NCBI RefSeq assembly: GCF_000011465.1
Contig: NC_005072.1
Span: 810,001-842,000 of the forward strand
Reading direction: 5' to 3'
Source: Prochlorococcus marinus subsp. pastoris str. CCMP1986
GTDB taxonomy: Bacteria > Cyanobacteriota > Cyanobacteriia > PCC-6307 > Cyanobiaceae
DNA length: 32,000 bases
Every line of letters begins with the position of its first letter. The first letter of the stretch is position 1. A program made the translations under genes and the position numbers. Shown piece by piece: positions 30,101-32,000 of this stretch. The notes beneath the pieces were generated by a model. The model was not told the origin of the DNA and did no database searches. It was given only the letters and a program-made list of their open reading frames with translations.

Positions 30101-30917
30101 AGTTTACAAAGCTGTAAAATTAGTTTCTCAACTTGACGAAGATAAAAAATTAAATCCAATTTCAGCATCTTATAAAGACGGAGATTCTTTAAATCGAATT
30201 TTTGGTTCTGCACCTGGATCATATGGAGCTGGATTGCAAGAACTTATATCTAATTCTAGTTGGGAAAATAAAAATGATTTTGCTGATTCTTATTTAAACT
30301 GGAGTAAGTGGATATATTCTGATGGAAATGAACCTATCGAAAACAAAAAAGAATTAGAAAAAGCGCTTAAAAATATTCAAGTAGTTATTCATAATCAAGA
30401 TAACAGAGAACATGATATTTTGGATTCTGATGATTATTATCAATTTCAAGGAGGAATATCATCAGCAATAAATAAACTACAAGGCAAATTTCCCGAAATA
30501 TATCATGGTGATTTATCAAAATATCGTTTATCTAAAATAAATAAATTAAGCTATGAAATAAATAAGGTTATTAGGACAAGAGTGCTTAATCCAAAATGGA
30601 TTGATGGAATGAAGGAAAACGGATATAAAGGTGCCTTTGAGTTTTCTGCAACGCTCGATTATTTATATGCTTATGATGCCACAACGGAAATCGTATCTGA
30701 TTGGTGTTATACCCAAATATATAATTCTTGGATATGTAATGAGAAACTTAAAAAGTTTTTTATCGAGAATAATCCATGGGCCTTAAGAGATCTATCCCAA
30801 AGATTTCTTGAGATTATTAATAGAGAAATGTGGAATGACCATACTCCAGAAATATTAGAAAATTTAAAAAAGATTGTTAATATGGCTGATGCCAACATTG
30901 AGAAAAACGAATACTAG
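27180..30917 (+). CDS. cobN: Cobaltochelatase subunit CobN
   Basis: 1245 aa with CobN/BchH-type motifs ([72 protein letters not shown]). The metallochelatase family is certain; CobN rather than BchH is the call. Confidence 0.9.
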   Translation: [1245 protein letters not shown]

Positions 30918-30918
30918 T

Positions 30919-31566
30919 TTATCTGCCCAATAATGAATATCCATGACTATCTGTTCCGCAGGTTTTAAGCATATTAAGGCTTTCTGTTATTTTATTTATC
31001 TCTGAACATACAAAATTACTTGGTTGCCATCTTTCTCTTAAATCATAATCGTACCAAACCTCAATCCCATCAACTCCCTGCTTATTAGCTTCAGGGATAA
31101 GTTTATAAAAGGGAATTCTGTACCTCGCTGGATGTGCAAGAAAAGATAACCCTCCTGATAATCTGATTGCTTTTGTTACCGAATTGATGTGTAAATCATT
31201 CCCAATTGGGGACTCACCTTGAATATAAGGTGTTAGATTTGTACTTTTTATATTAATTCCTAATCCAATAACGTGAACTAAGCATCCAAGAAGTAAACAA
31301 TTTATTTCAATTCCTGAAATTAGTTTAAAAGAATCAGTTGGATATTTTTCAAGTATATTATTTTGTTCAATAAAATCATGTGCTTTAACAGTGTGATGAT
31401 CTGTTATGGATATAAATTTTATTTTATTAATAAAGGCTTGATCTAATAATTGTTCTGGATCAAAGCTCCCATCACTAAATTTCGTATGACAATGAAAATT
31501 AACTAAGCCTGGACAGCTTTCTTTATTTATATTTGCTGTTATTTTTATTAAATCTTGCTTATCCAT
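30919..31566 (-). CDS. PHP-domain phosphoesterase
   Basis: VNFHCHTKFSDGSFDPEQL, ITDHHTVKAH, GLSFLAHPAR, TCGTDSHG. Confidence 0.9.
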   Translation of the reverse strand: MDKQDLIKITANINKESCPGLVNFHCHTKFSDGSFDPEQLLDQAFINKIKFISITDHHTVKAHDFIEQNNILEKYPTDSFKLISGIEINCLLLGCLVHVIGLGINIKSTNLTPYIQGESPIGNDLHINSVTKAIRLSGGLSFLAHPARYRIPFYKLIPEANKQGVDGIEVWYDYDLRERWQPSNFVCSEINKITESLNMLKTCGTDSHGYSLLGR

Positions 31567-32000
31567 TCTTTAGAGATTCTTCATTTTTTTTTCTGATCTT
31601 TGCATATAACTGAATAGATAAAAGCATAAATATTATTAGTCCAAATACACTCCATGTCGCAATACTGGTGGGGAAATTATTTTTAAAAATAACTAATAGG
31701 ACAATTACAAATAACAATAATGTAGGAAGTTCATTTAGTAATCTAAGGTTTTTTGCAGATATTTTTGAAGTACCATTCTGTAAAGAGTTCATTATTTTAT
31801 AACAGTAAACATGATATATGACTAAGCCCAAAACAAAAGAAATTTTTATCTGAAGCCATTTTTCGCTGAGCCATCCAGGTTGCATAATTACTAAACAGAT
31901 AGCCATACTTAAAGCCAGTATCATTCCTGGAGTAGTAATAATATTTGCAAGCCTTTTTTCCATCAAGGAATATTGATCATTAAACGCAATCTTCAAATCA
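31559..32000 (-). CDS. hemJ: HemJ-like protoporphyrinogen oxidase (UPF0093), 5' end cut by window edge
   Basis: YSLMEKRLANIITTPGMILALSMAI, WLQIKISFVLGLVIYHVYCYKIM, LRLLNELPTLLLFVIVLLVIFKN, SIQLYAKIRKK. The frame stays open at 32000, so the track's start at 31996 is an edge artefact. Confidence 0.88.
   Translation of the reverse strand, partial: DLKIAFNDQYSLMEKRLANIITTPGMILALSMAICLVIMQPGWLSEKWLQIKISFVLGLVIYHVYCYKIMNSLQNGTSKISAKNLRLLNELPTLLLFVIVLLVIFKNNFPTSIATWSVFGLIIFMLLSIQLYAKIRKKNEESLKNG

Noticed and set aside
30707-30898. 63-aa minus-strand ORF
   Set aside because: Antisense within the conserved C-terminus of cobN.

Overview
AT-rich window with the gene content and gene order style of a marine picocyanobacterium (high-light-type Prochlorococcus-like; this is an inference from composition and protein style). 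It has three parts. (1) Core genes: rpmF, an FtsH-family AAA protein, 2-Cys peroxiredoxin, trmL, cobU/cobP, a CCB-like protein, lptC, metG, an RNase II-family protein, rpsR, rpmG, pheT, an Ap4A-phosphorylase-like protein, a DUF2237 protein, metH, ilvE, cobN, a PHP protein and a 5'-truncated hemJ-like gene at the right edge. (2) A stretch at about 3.8-9.8 kb that contains almost only microproteins (roughly 40-120 aa), plus two tRNA genes (Thr-CGU, Met-CAU) and long intergenic leaders. (3) A small accessory-looking stretch at 18.9-20.6 kb with a secreted-type microprotein, repeated AGTCTTAT-type palindromes and a protein with an N-terminal ribbon-helix-helix and a C-terminal J-domain. The best leads are: a candidate glutamine-type (Downstream-peptide motif) riboswitch in front of a 54-aa basic microprotein (7333-7568); an FtsH paralog whose zinc motif HExxH reads NEVGR and which lacks the first transmembrane segment; a 62-aa microprotein ending in a CP12-like Cys hairpin; the RHH/J-domain protein; and the palindrome cluster beside it. 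I saw no CRISPR, transposase, phage or recognisable defence system.
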